From contig JAWAKK010000002.1 of NCBI GenBank assembly GCA_038887515.1, positions 128,001 through 192,000 of the forward strand: a stretch of DNA of 64,000 bases. Reading direction: 5' to 3'. The position numbers and the translations under genes were made by a program. The notes beneath the pieces were generated by a model. The model searched no databases. It was given only the letters and a program-made list of their open reading frames with translations, and had not been told where the DNA came from. The DNA comes from Candidatus Nezhaarchaeales archaeon (lineage in GTDB: Archaea; Thermoproteota; Methanomethylicia; Nezhaarchaeales; WYZ-LMO8). Shown piece after piece: positions 1-9,656 of this stretch; the stretch's first letter is position 1; every line of letters begins with the position of its first letter.

Positions 1-724
1 TGATGTCAGTACAGAGGTGGACGAGGGAAGGCTCGTAGGAAAATTGTTTGAATACGCTATTTGCCCCCAATATCTCAGAAAGAAACTCTTCCCTTTAGAC
101 CCAGATTTAAAGTACGTCGGTATCTTACCACCCCTCAATACCCCTAACCATCCGATGGAGAAAAGTATTGAAGAGTTGCCCGATGTAACTTACCGAGAAG
201 GACTTGTGGTTAGTAGGAAAGGTAGGAAGTGTTTGGTAGATGTAGGGCTCGATAGGAACGTGGTCCTTTATAACGCAGGAGAATTGAAGAAAGGGGACAG
301 AGTAGTTCTAAAGATAACTAAGAAGAATGGTACTATCGAAGCGTACAAGGTTAAGAGGGAAGATGTCCCCCAGTACTTTGGATACGAAGTTTGTATTACC
401 GACTTTAACCTTAAAGGAGTAATATCTTCCTTTAAAGGTCGCGCGCTAATCGTAGCAACTTCAAGATATGGAAGGAACATAAATGAGGATGCTCCTATTC
501 TTGTAGAGAGGATGAAGGAACACCGTTATAGCGTGCTTTTACTTTTCGGCTCACCATTTAGAGGACTTTATGAGCTCGCAAAGAGGGAGGGATTTGATCT
601 AGATAAAACGGTGGACATGGTCTTGAATTTTGTTCCAGAGCAAGGGGTTAGAACGGTTAGGGTTGAAGAGGCTTTGTACTCAACGCTCGCAATAATAAAT
701 TTCCTCTATCATTACTTTAAGTAG
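1..724 (+). CDS. SPOUT-family RNA methyltransferase (DUF171/MTH1-like), 5' end truncated by the window edge
   Basis: PQYLRK...LKYVGILPPLNTPNH, YREG and FVPEQGVRTVRVEEAL motifs; usual position upstream of rpl3 in archaea. Confidence 0.85.
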   Translation, partial: DVSTEVDEGRLVGKLFEYAICPQYLRKKLFPLDPDLKYVGILPPLNTPNHPMEKSIEELPDVTYREGLVVSRKGRKCLVDVGLDRNVVLYNAGELKKGDRVVLKITKKNGTIEAYKVKREDVPQYFGYEVCITDFNLKGVISSFKGRALIVATSRYGRNINEDAPILVERMKEHRYSVLLLFGSPFRGLYELAKREGFDLDKTVDMVLNFVPEQGVRTVRVEEALYSTLAIINFLYHYFK

Positions 725-837
725 CTATGAAGGGCGAAGCAGATTCGAATACTTCAAGGAAATAAAGATTAAATAGGGGGCTGGGCATTTTTACTCTCCA
801 AAACGACGTTAACTTGTAAGGTTAAGAGGGATTAAGC

Positions 838-1851
838 GTGGGAAGAGGAGTTCACGCACCACGTCGAGGGTCTCTAGGCTTCTACCCACGAGTAAGGGCT
901 AGAAGGATAGTTGCTAGAATAAGGAGATGGCCAAAAGTAGAAGTAGAAAGACCTCAATTGCTAGGCTTTGCTGCGTATAAAGCCGGGATGACTCATGCTG
1001 TCATAATTGAGGACAAGCCTACTAGCCCATTTTATGGTAGGGAAGTAGTGAAAGCTGTAACCATACTGGACGCACCACCTCTCTTCGTATTTGGCATCAG
1101 GCTGTACTCCTCGACTACCTATGGTCTTAGAAGTATTTTTGAAGTTATATCAGATAAGTTGCCGAGGGATTTAGGAAGGAAAATACCTATCCCTAAGAAT
1201 TATAATAAGGAGGATGCCATCTCTAAGGCTCAACAATTAATAAGTAAGGCTTCGGAAGTCAGGGTTCTGGCGTGTACCCAGCCGAGATTATCAGGACTGA
1301 AGAAGAAGACGCCGGAAATCGTTGAGATAAAGGTGGCGGCAAAGAGTGTCGAAGACTCATGGAACTATGCTCTATCGTTGCTTGAGAAAGACGTTAGGGC
1401 AACTGACGTCTTTAAGGAGGGACAGTACGTCGACGTCGTAAGTGTAACTAAGGGTAAAGGTTTCCAAGGGGTTGTAAAGAGGTATGGTGTAAAGATAATG
1501 CCCCGCTGGCATAAACATCGTAAAGGACATAGAAGGATAGGTAGCGTCGGTCCTCAGAACCCCTCCATGCCATTCACGATACCAAGACCTGGACAACTAG
1601 GATATCATCAAAGGACAGAGTATAATAAGCGTATAATAAAGATGGGTGAAGATGGGCTATCTATTACGGTGAAGGGCGGCTTTGTAGGTTATGGTATCGT
1701 AAGGGGATCGTACATAATATTACTGGGTTCAGTACCGGGACCTAGGGGAAGGTTGGTAAAGCTAAGGTATCCCATGAGGCCTCCTAAGAGCGTACCTACA
1801 TCTCCCCCGAGAATAGTAAGTATAAACATAGACTCTAAGCAAGGTGGTTGA
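838..1851 (+). CDS. rpl3: 50S ribosomal protein uL3
   Basis: PRRGSLGFYPR, YKAGMTH, VTKGKGFQGVVKR, GYHQRTEYNKR. Confidence 0.98.
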   Translation: MGRGVHAPRRGSLGFYPRVRARRIVARIRRWPKVEVERPQLLGFAAYKAGMTHAVIIEDKPTSPFYGREVVKAVTILDAPPLFVFGIRLYSSTTYGLRSIFEVISDKLPRDLGRKIPIPKNYNKEDAISKAQQLISKASEVRVLACTQPRLSGLKKKTPEIVEIKVAAKSVEDSWNYALSLLEKDVRATDVFKEGQYVDVVSVTKGKGFQGVVKRYGVKIMPRWHKHRKGHRRIGSVGPQNPSMPFTIPRPGQLGYHQRTEYNKRIIKMGEDGLSITVKGGFVGYGIVRGSYIILLGSVPGPRGRLVKLRYPMRPPKSVPTSPPRIVSINIDSKQGG

Positions 1852-2648
1852 AGTTGCAAAGTTTAACTAAAGTCACCGCTTTATATGACCTTGAAGGCAA
1901 GGAAGTCGGGATAATAGAAGTGCCTAAAGTTTTCAACTACGAAGTTAGATTGGACATCATAAAGCGAGCTTACTTATCAGCTTTCACAGCAAAGATACAA
2001 CCTCAGGGAAGAGACCCTATGGCCGGTAAGAGGACTACAGCTGAGAGCTGGGGGGTAGGCTACGGTATCGCCAGGGTACCCCGAGTCAAAGGAGGAAGGT
2101 ACCCTCGCGCAACTAGTGCAGCATTCGTGACTATGGCTGTTGGTGGTAGAAGAGCTCATGCACCAACAATAGAAAAGAAGGTTCATGAAAAGATAAATAG
2201 GAAAGAGAGGAGACTTGCCATAAAGTCTGCCATAGCGGCGACAGCAGTCAAAGAGCTCATAGAGAGGAGGAGACACGTCCTTCCGCAGAACATCTCTCTG
2301 CCAATAGTAGTAAAGAGGGAAATAGAGGACATTGAGAGTACGAAGCAAGCTAGGGAGTTCCTAATCAAATTAGGTTTATGGAGTGACGTAGAGAGAGTTC
2401 GTGACAAGATAAAGGTAAGGGCTGGTAAAGGGAAGATGAGAGGGAGGAGGTACAAAGAGGGCAAAAGCCTATTGGTCGTATTTTCCGGAAGGTGCAAGGC
2501 CGTAAGAGCTTTTAGAAATCTTCCTGGAGTTACAGTCGCTTATGTAAATAACTTATCGATCTTACACCTAGCTCCCGGAGGAGTCCCTGGACGCTTAACC
2601 TTGTGGAGCGAGGATGCGATAAAAATGTTGGCTAAATTGGAGGAGTAG
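1848..2648 (+). CDS. rpl4: 50S ribosomal protein uL4
   Basis: AESWGVGYGIARVPR, RAGKGKMRGRR, LHLAPGGVPGRLTLW. Confidence 0.98.
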   Translation: MKLQSLTKVTALYDLEGKEVGIIEVPKVFNYEVRLDIIKRAYLSAFTAKIQPQGRDPMAGKRTTAESWGVGYGIARVPRVKGGRYPRATSAAFVTMAVGGRRAHAPTIEKKVHEKINRKERRLAIKSAIAATAVKELIERRRHVLPQNISLPIVVKREIEDIESTKQAREFLIKLGLWSDVERVRDKIKVRAGKGKMRGRRYKEGKSLLVVFSGRCKAVRAFRNLPGVTVAYVNNLSILHLAPGGVPGRLTLWSEDAIKMLAKLEE

Positions 2649-2651
2649 TTT

Positions 2652-2930
2652 ATGGGCGAGGAGACAACTATAAAATTTTACGACGTAATCCTAAGACCTA
2701 TAGTCTCGGAGAAGGCACTTTCATTAATTGAGAAAAATAATACCTTAACGTTCATAGTCGATATAAAAGTTAACAAACCCCGCATAAAAGAGGCTATAGA
2801 GAAGTTGTTCGATGTCGAAGTTGAAAAGGTTAACACCCTGATAACGTCAAAAGGGGAGAAGAAAGCATACGTAAAGTTAAAGCCGGAGCATAAGGCGTCT
2901 GATGTGGCGGTTAAGTTAGGCATACTATGA
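2652..2930 (+). CDS. rpl23: 50S ribosomal protein uL23
   Basis: RPIVSEKA...NNTLTFIVD...KVNTLI...KKAYVKL. Confidence 0.98.
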   Translation: MGEETTIKFYDVILRPIVSEKALSLIEKNNTLTFIVDIKVNKPRIKEAIEKLFDVEVEKVNTLITSKGEKKAYVKLKPEHKASDVAVKLGIL

Positions 2931-2946
2931 TGAGGAGAGAATCAAA

Positions 2947-3666
2947 ATGGGTAAGCGGATATTAGCCCAACGTAAGGGTCGTGGAGGTTCGGTATTTAGA
3001 TCGCCGAAATGGATTCATAAGGGGCCTGCCAAATATCCCAACCTTAACATGAAGGAAAAGGAGAATGTAATTGAAGGAAAAGTTGAAGCAATAATACACG
3101 ATCCAGGTAGAGGGGCCCCCCTAGCATTGATTAAATTATCTGATGGAACTAGGTTTCTTAACGTAGCTGCCGAGGGTATTAGAATAGGGCAGAAGGTACA
3201 GATCGGAGATAAAGCTGAAGTAGCTCCTGGAAATATCCTGCCTTTAAGGAGCATACCCGATGGGACTAAGGTTTTCAACATAGAGTTAACATATGGAGAT
3301 GGTGGGCGCTTAGTTAGAGGTTCAGGTTGTTACGCTATAGTTTTAGGGCACTCAGCCGAAGGCGTATACGTAAGCCTTCCATCGGGGAAGACCAGGCTCG
3401 TAAGCGGTTTAGCGAGAGCGACGGTAGGCGTCGTAGCAGGTGGTGGTAGAACTGAAAAGCCATTCATAAAGGCCGGAGCTAAGTACCACCTATCCAAAGT
3501 CAAGGCATGGAAGTACCCTGAAGTAAGAGGTAAGGCGATGGGTGCCTATGCTCACCCGCACGGCGGAGGAGCACATCCAAAGGGTGGCACGCCAGTGAGT
3601 CATGGAACACCGCCCGGAGCAAAGGTAGGTCACATCTCTAGTAGAAGGACCGGGAAGAAAGAGTAG
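2947..3666 (+). CDS. rpl2: 50S ribosomal protein uL2
   Basis: MGKRILAQRKGRG, HDPGRGAPLA, HPHGGG. Confidence 0.98.
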   Translation: MGKRILAQRKGRGGSVFRSPKWIHKGPAKYPNLNMKEKENVIEGKVEAIIHDPGRGAPLALIKLSDGTRFLNVAAEGIRIGQKVQIGDKAEVAPGNILPLRSIPDGTKVFNIELTYGDGGRLVRGSGCYAIVLGHSAEGVYVSLPSGKTRLVSGLARATVGVVAGGGRTEKPFIKAGAKYHLSKVKAWKYPEVRGKAMGAYAHPHGGGAHPKGGTPVSHGTPPGAKVGHISSRRTGKKE

Positions 3667-3768
3667 AAGGGTTATCACATCAGCTCGTAGCATTTAACCT
3701 ACGACTACGAGGAAAAATGCTATTTTGATCATTAATTTCTAAAATTATAGTCTCGTCATAAGTTTAAT

Positions 3769-4161
3769 TTATTTTAAGGGTACGTACATTGAACTTCTCG
3801 TGGCCCTTAGACCGGGCTCACCGTGCTCCACTTTTTTGCACGTTATAGCGAATTCTCCTAAGTAATGCCCTATCATCTCTTCAGTTATAGTTACGGGGAT
3901 GAACTCTTTGCCGTTGTAGACGTGGACCGTTACTCCGACCATCTCCGGTAATATTATCATGTCTCTGATGTGAGTCCTAACAATCGATTTTTTGCCTGTC
4001 TTGAGCTCTCTAATTTTTTCGAGGAGCTTCTTCTTCTCGTCATTAAACCCCCTTGCGAGGGACCTCCTCTGCCTCGCTGGAAGCAACTTTATGAACTCGT
4101 CCATAGGCATCTCCAGCAATTGCTCTAAAGTGTAACCCCGATACGTAAACTTACTCGACAT
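3769..4161 (-). CDS. rps19: 30S ribosomal protein uS19, inverted relative to the cluster
   Basis: [35 protein letters not shown]. Confidence 0.98.
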   Translation of the reverse strand: MSSKFTYRGYTLEQLLEMPMDEFIKLLPARQRRSLARGFNDEKKKLLEKIRELKTGKKSIVRTHIRDMIILPEMVGVTVHVYNGKEFIPVTITEEMIGHYLGEFAITCKKVEHGEPGLRATRSSMYVPLK

Positions 4162-4294
4162 AGTTTTACCTCTTCCTTCCAGCTTCTTACTTTCAGACTC
4201 CTAGCCTAGTTATAAGAATTACCCTATTTAAGCGGAAACCTAATATTAGAGAGTTTTACTCTTCAATTACTAACAGCACGAGGAAGAATGCTCT

Positions 4295-4756
4295 ATGCCA
4301 GAATTCGGCTATTCCCTTCAAAACTATGAAGCTGACAAGATGGCGAGGGCTAGCGGAAGGGATCTTAGAATAAGCTGGAAGAAGGCTGTAGAAGTTTGCC
4401 GATTCATAAGGGGCAAGAGACTCGTCCAAGCCAAAGAATTACTTGAAAAAGTTTTAAGAAAGGAAGTTATGATACCGTTTACTACTTTTAACAAGAAGCG
4501 TGCCCACCATGGTAGCATAAGTAAGTACTCATGCGGAGGCTACCCAATAAGGGTCGTAAGAGAAGTTTTGAAGATTCTTAGAAATGTGGAGGCTAATGCC
4601 GAAAACAAAGGGCTCGATGTAGAGAAGCTCATTATAGTGCACGCAGCCGCCCATAAAGGACCTATAGTTAAAAAGTATATACCGCGTGCATTTGGCAGGT
4701 CAACTCCATCCTTCCAACAATTAGTGCATATAGAGGTGGCAGCCAAAGAGGTTTAG
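4295..4756 (+). CDS. rpl22: 50S ribosomal protein uL22
   Basis: RISWKKAVEVCRFIRG, NAENKGLD, PRAFGRSTP. Confidence 0.97.
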   Translation: MPEFGYSLQNYEADKMARASGRDLRISWKKAVEVCRFIRGKRLVQAKELLEKVLRKEVMIPFTTFNKKRAHHGSISKYSCGGYPIRVVREVLKILRNVEANAENKGLDVEKLIIVHAAAHKGPIVKKYIPRAFGRSTPSFQQLVHIEVAAKEV

Positions 4757-4767
4757 ATCGAGGTGAA

Positions 4768-5418
4768 ATGAAGGTGCCGGATGTAGAGAAGAATTTCATA
4801 TCGAAGGCACTAAAAAGACTCGATGTGGACTCTTTCTTGGAACAAGAGCTAGCGAGGGCCGGCTATGTAAAGGTTGATTTGCAAAAGACCCCGCTAGGGA
4901 CTAATGTAACGATATTCTCTGAGAAGCCAGGAATGGTTATAGGGAGACATGGTTCTACAGTTCACGAACTAACACAAAAACTGGAAAAGGTTTTTGGAAT
5001 AGAAAGACCGCAAATCGTAGCGGTGCCGGTAGACGTCCCAGAGCTTAATGCTAAAATCATGGCTCAAAGGATTAAGAGCGCTCTTGAGAGGGGTATTCAC
5101 TTCAGGAGGGCAGCTTACATTGCTTTGAATCAAATAATGGAGGCTGGCGCTCTAGGCGCCGAAATAAGAATTAAAGGGAAGCTTAGAACCGAGAGAGCTA
5201 GATACGAAAAACTTCGTACAGGAATAGTTCTAAAATCAGGTCAAATATCCTTAGAAAACGCCGACGTAGCCGTTGAACATGCACTCTTAAAGCAAGGCAA
5301 GATAGGTATAAAAGTTAAGATAGTCTTGCCATCGGCGGCCAAAGCCATAGAGGCGCTAGATAAAGGCAAAGTTGTCTTGAAGGCGGAGGGTGAAGCTAGT
5401 GGCAATACTCAAAGTTAA
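4768..5418 (+). CDS. rps3: 30S ribosomal protein uS3
   Basis: KH motif KPGMVIGRHG; ELNAKIMA...RGIHFRRA; GKIGIKVKI. Confidence 0.97.
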   Translation: MKVPDVEKNFISKALKRLDVDSFLEQELARAGYVKVDLQKTPLGTNVTIFSEKPGMVIGRHGSTVHELTQKLEKVFGIERPQIVAVPVDVPELNAKIMAQRIKSALERGIHFRRAAYIALNQIMEAGALGAEIRIKGKLRTERARYEKLRTGIVLKSGQISLENADVAVEHALLKQGKIGIKVKIVLPSAAKAIEALDKGKVVLKAEGEASGNTQS

Positions 5419-5614
5419 TGACATAAGGAGAATGACAAAGGAGGAAAGGATATCCAAGTTGAAGGAACTTAAGGCAGAGCTCATGAGACTTAGAGCTCGC
5501 CAAGCTTCAGGAGCCCCTCTAGAGAAGCCGGGGAAGATAAGGGCTATAAGAAAAACAATAGCTAGGATTCTAACGATAATAAACGAAGAAGAAAAAAGGT
5601 CTAAGCGTGCTTGA
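5390..5614 (+). CDS. rpl29: 50S ribosomal protein uL29
   Basis: IRRMT...LKELKAELMRLR...PGKIRAIRKTIARILT. Confidence 0.95.
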   Translation: MKLVAILKVNDIRRMTKEERISKLKELKAELMRLRARQASGAPLEKPGKIRAIRKTIARILTIINEEEKRSKRA

Positions 5615-6728
5615 ACCTATCTTTAAGTTTCTCTAATATCTTTGGTAGTGTGGTGTATTCCAATTCTTCAGGTCCAACCCTAGCTGGCATAAACTCTCCC
5701 ATCCTTCTAATGTAGTCAGTTATTTGCATCGCAAAGTTCCTAGCTACATCGAAGGCTGGATCATCGAATAAATCGGCAGGCTCAGACCCCCTAAGTCCTA
5801 CTAGCTCTCCATTTGACAGTTGAAATCCCAGAGCTACGACCCTTGGCGGACCGTCAAAAAATGTGCATCTAGCATGTTTTAGGCTAACTGGCATAAGAGG
5901 ACCGTAATGCGAGCCTCTCATCCAGCCTGCCACGAGATGCGGGTAAGCGAATGGCGCTAATATTTCTCCAACGGCTGGAAAGCCATGCTGAGCCCTAACT
6001 ATGAGGGCTGGATCGTCCTTCCCCACGTACTTTCCAGCTATTAGGCTAAGCCTTGTCGTACTTGCTACAGCTGCGATCTCCTTGTCTACCTTTCTAACAA
6101 CTCTCTCAACGACGTATCTACCTGTTGTTCCTAATAGGGCTACTAAACTGTAAAGCTCCTCGGGGCAGCTAAGATCTACTACCTTGCCCTCCATGACGTC
6201 CATAACTCTGAATATGAAGCCTTCATGCATGCTTGGATCTATTACCAAACCTGCGGTGTTGTCAGGCGAAGCGAATATCTTATAGAGGGGGTAATTCCAT
6301 GCTCCCGGCTCCGTCTTGTCTGCAGCAAATACAATTATTGGTTCGCTAGGCCTTTCAACTATCTCCATTTCGGCAACTCCAGGCCCCATGCCTTTGACGT
6401 TACCCGAAAAAGTATCTGAAAGGAGGTCCTGGCCGGCAGCATAAAGCTTTAAAGGTTTAGAAACTCTTTCGGTAACCTCCTTAAAGGTACTCCAAGCCAA
6501 ACCATGTATTTCTGAGCTGGCTTCTCCCTTATTATGTGTCATTAACAGCTCCAAGTCATCACCACAATTGAAAACGAAGTAATCTATTATTAGGCCGCTC
6601 TTCTTAGCTTCCTCAAGTTTCTTATTCGCTACCTCAAGCTGTTTTGGGTGAACAACGTGGTGACCACACAGAGAACCTACATCCGCCTTTATCAAGCTAA
6701 TAGTTATCTTCTGCGGCAAATTTATCAC
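5601..6728 (-). CDS. fbp: Bifunctional fructose-1,6-bisphosphate aldolase/phosphatase (class V)
   Basis: IKADVGS..GH, GDDLELLMTH, AGQDLL, DKTEPGAWN, GKYVGKDDP, GWMRGSHYGP. Confidence 0.97.
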   Translation of the reverse strand: MINLPQKITISLIKADVGSLCGHHVVHPKQLEVANKKLEEAKKSGLIIDYFVFNCGDDLELLMTHNKGEASSEIHGLAWSTFKEVTERVSKPLKLYAAGQDLLSDTFSGNVKGMGPGVAEMEIVERPSEPIIVFAADKTEPGAWNYPLYKIFASPDNTAGLVIDPSMHEGFIFRVMDVMEGKVVDLSCPEELYSLVALLGTTGRYVVERVVRKVDKEIAAVASTTRLSLIAGKYVGKDDPALIVRAQHGFPAVGEILAPFAYPHLVAGWMRGSHYGPLMPVSLKHARCTFFDGPPRVVALGFQLSNGELVGLRGSEPADLFDDPAFDVARNFAMQITDYIRRMGEFMPARVGPEELEYTTLPKILEKLKDRFKHA

Positions 6729-6787
6729 CTAACATAAAGAAGGTATCGAGATGACCGTATAAACCTTTGGCGCTTTACTTAAGAACG

Positions 6788-8596
6788 TTATTGTTCCTCT
6801 TTTTCCTCTACTTCCTCCTTTTCCGGGATGTAATAGTATTCTCCTATGCTCTTCTGCTTCCTATGAAGATAGGAATCAGGCTTATTTATTCTAACCCTTC
6901 CGCTATGTAAATCTCTTCTAAAGGTGACGTCGATCTCCTGCAGGAAGAGGTTAAAGCCACTCCTCAAATCCATGGGGCTTGACGCAATGCCGTAAACTCC
7001 CGGTTTACCGCTGAAAACCATTATCGAATCAGCAACGGCATCCATAACTACAAGATCGTGCTCAACGACGAAAGCTGCTGCCTTCCTTTCCTCTACGATC
7101 CTTCGAATGAGCTTTGCCATGATGAGGCGTTGCTCTACATCTAAGTAGGCGGAAGGTTCGTCAAGTAAATATATGTTAGCCTCCTTGGCTAAGGTACACG
7201 CTATGCTGACTCGTTGAAGTTCGCCACCGCTTAAAGAGGAAAGCCTACGATCAAAAAGTTGTTCAAGCATAAATGGTTGGCATATCTCGCTCTTAAACCA
7301 AGGCGTGAACATTATGTCCCCCAAGTTCCTGTGCATATATTCGTAGACCATCTCCTCGCTCTCAAGAGTTATGTATTGTGGTTTATAACTGAACTTTATG
7401 TTAATATTCTGTTGGTTCGACAATAGATCCACCAGGGCCTTTACAAAGGTCGTCTTACCGATTCCGTTAGGACCTAATATGCCAATGACTTCCCCTTCAT
7501 GTATAACTCCTTGGTTTGCGCTTAGCTCGAAGCTCTCCCCTACCTTGACCTTGAATGAGGGCCACGAAAACAAATCGGTGACGGCGTAGGATTCTCTTGG
7601 TCTAGGTCTCAACTTAAACCTCACGGGCTCGCTCCTGAACTTTATGTTCTCGCTAGGTATGTAACCGTCGAGATATACGTTTATGCCCACTCGAACACCG
7701 TATGGTTGCGATGTAATTCCATAAGCTCCTGGCTTGCCGTACATTATGCAGACCCTGTCTGAAACGTAGTCCAGAATTGCAAGGTCGTGTTCAGCTATTA
7801 TGACCGCTTTACCTTCTTGAGACAGGGATCTTATGACTCTAGATGCTTTGAGCCTCTGCATAACGTCTAGGTAACTAGCCGGTTCGTCGAATATGTAAAC
7901 ATCAGCATCGCGGCAACACGCAGCAACTATAGCTAGTCTCTGAAGCTCCCCACCGCTTAGTGCTGCTACTTCCCTATCAGCTACATCAATTAGGTCGAGG
8001 TCTGTAGCTAAGTCCTTCCACATCCCCCTTTCATCAACTTTATTTAGTAACTCTTTAATGGTACCTTTGACGTATTTGGGTATTAAGTCCACGTACTGTA
8101 CTTTGTGTACAACGCGAAGCTTCCCATGATACAAGTCCCGAAAATAGGGTTGCAGTTCTGTTCCAGCAAAAAAGCGTATCACATCGTCCTTTGTTGGTTG
8201 ATGTTCTATAGCACCGAGGTTCGGTGTAAGTTCCCCTGACAAAATGCGAAGTATTGTAGTTTTTCCCGTCCCGTTGGGTCCTATCAAACCTATAACTTGA
8301 CGTCTTCTAGGGGAAGGAAGTCTATAAAGCCTAAACCCATTAACGCCATACTGATGAACGCATTCGCTTTCCAGTTCTTCGGGTAAATTAACTATTGTTA
8401 TGGCCGAGAAAGGGCACTTTTTAACGCAAATACCGCAGCCAACACATAGGTTCTCTCTTATTACTGGTCTATAGATGTCTTCGTCAAACTCGATGGCCAT
8501 AACTTTATTCTTCACCAATGGACAGAAACGATAGCATTCTCTACTACACTCTTTTGGCTTGCATAGATCTTTATCTATTACAGCTATTCGGGGCAT
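6788..8596 (-). CDS. rli1: Ribosome recycling ATPase ABCE1/RLI
   Basis: N-terminal Fe-S cysteines (CKPKEC...CVGCGICVKKCP) and two ABC domains with LSGGELQR; start placed at MPRIAV behind AGGAG. Confidence 0.97.
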   Translation of the reverse strand: MPRIAVIDKDLCKPKECSRECYRFCPLVKNKVMAIEFDEDIYRPVIRENLCVGCGICVKKCPFSAITIVNLPEELESECVHQYGVNGFRLYRLPSPRRRQVIGLIGPNGTGKTTILRILSGELTPNLGAIEHQPTKDDVIRFFAGTELQPYFRDLYHGKLRVVHKVQYVDLIPKYVKGTIKELLNKVDERGMWKDLATDLDLIDVADREVAALSGGELQRLAIVAACCRDADVYIFDEPASYLDVMQRLKASRVIRSLSQEGKAVIIAEHDLAILDYVSDRVCIMYGKPGAYGITSQPYGVRVGINVYLDGYIPSENIKFRSEPVRFKLRPRPRESYAVTDLFSWPSFKVKVGESFELSANQGVIHEGEVIGILGPNGIGKTTFVKALVDLLSNQQNINIKFSYKPQYITLESEEMVYEYMHRNLGDIMFTPWFKSEICQPFMLEQLFDRRLSSLSGGELQRVSIACTLAKEANIYLLDEPSAYLDVEQRLIMAKLIRRIVEERKAAAFVVEHDLVVMDAVADSIMVFSGKPGVYGIASSPMDLRSGFNLFLQEIDVTFRRDLHSGRVRINKPDSYLHRKQKSIGEYYYIPEKEEVEEKEEQ

Positions 8597-8935
8597 AATC
8601 ATATCTCCTGCCTGACGATATATCGAACGCTGATAACTATGCATGTCGAGCCTATACTTCGATCCTAACTACTTCACCTTTTGCTCGTCCTTATTTCATT
8701 ATCGGTCGCATTTTCTCAATAAACTTAGTCCTATAGTGACTTAACGGCCGGGTTATAAAGACCTTCATTCTTCCATGAATGTCCAACTGTTGTCTAATAT
8801 AGTATTATCTAATAGCAGCTGTGTGGATAATGTAAATTCGCGAAGATTATGAAGATTGCCAAGAAAACAGAAATATGTTTTGTTAAAAATTTTAGGTTAA
8901 AAATAGTTGTGTTGTATTGAGTTGAATTAATACGT

Positions 8936-9010
8936 CTACCACTCCTCTTCCCATTCCTCTTCCTCTTCCCATTCCTCTTCCTCTTCCCATTCTTCCCATT
9001 CTTCTTCCAT
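8936..9010 (-). CDS. 24-aa Glu/Trp micropeptide MEEEWEEWEEEEEWEEEEEWEEEW
   Basis: ATG to TAG ORF using only GAA, GAG and TGG codons; SD-like AGGGGG 7 nt upstream; TTTAAATA box at 9053-9060; T-runs downstream. Confidence 0.7.
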   Translation of the reverse strand: MEEEWEEWEEEEEWEEEEEWEEEW

Positions 9011-9052
9011 CTTTCTGCCCCCTGAAACGGTGTCTTAGAAGATTTATGGCTT

Positions 9053-9068
9053 TATTTAAAGTTACCGA
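9053..9068 (-). promoter_or_regulatory. TATA box with upstream BRE-position sequence for the E/W micropeptide
   Basis: Minus strand reads TCGGTAAC-TTTAAATA about 43 nt before the ATG. Confidence 0.55.
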
Positions 9069-9134
9069 TAGGTTTGTGGAGAAGCTTTTAAGAAAAGCCC
9101 TCCTTTAAACATGCATGCTAAAAGGTGTTTAGCG

Positions 9135-9656
9135 TTGAAATTTAACTTACTGGTCTCCACGTACAGGAGCAGAGAAGATGAGTGTATAAGCGAGCTATGG
9201 TATTTATTCCGAGAGCTAGGCGACGATCAGGTAGAGATACGTAGAGCACCGGTTCCCGGACTACTGTTCGTAAGAACCAATCTTGATCCTTTTGAGGCAT
9301 CTAAAAAGATTGGAGAGATAGCCAGAGAGAGACCTTGGGACGTAAGGTATACCTTGAAGCTTACTCCAATCGATGCCGTTACTAGCGACGATCTGGATGA
9401 AATTAAGAGTGTAGCAGTTGCACTAGCAAATAAGAAGATACGTGAAGATGAAACTTTTAGGATAACGGTGAACAAAAGGCTTTCCAGCATTAGTAGTAGG
9501 AAGCTTATAGAGGAAGTAGCCAAGGAGATTAATAGGAAAGTTAGCTTAAAGAAACCCGATAAGATTCTACAAATAGAAATAGTCGGGAAAGACGTAGGAA
9601 TAGTCGTGTTAAAGCCAGAAGACGTAGTTTCAATAGTTAAGATAACTACCTCTTAA
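9135..9656 (+). CDS. THUMP-domain RNA-binding protein
   Basis: FNLLVST...E..CISE, ETFRITVNKR, KVSLKKPDKILQIEIVG; TTG start after AGGTG. Confidence 0.9.
   Translation: MKFNLLVSTYRSREDECISELWYLFRELGDDQVEIRRAPVPGLLFVRTNLDPFEASKKIGEIARERPWDVRYTLKLTPIDAVTSDDLDEIKSVAVALANKKIREDETFRITVNKRLSSISSRKLIEEVAKEINRKVSLKKPDKILQIEIVGKDVGIVVLKPEDVVSIVKITTS

Noticed and set aside
8645-8935. Long spacer upstream of ABCE1 as a hidden gene or RNA
   Set aside because: No credible ORF or structured RNA motif found by eye
8939-9010. CT-rich tandem repeat as a CRISPR array or simple microsatellite
   Set aside because: No spacers; codon phasing, SD and TATA favour a coding micro-ORF
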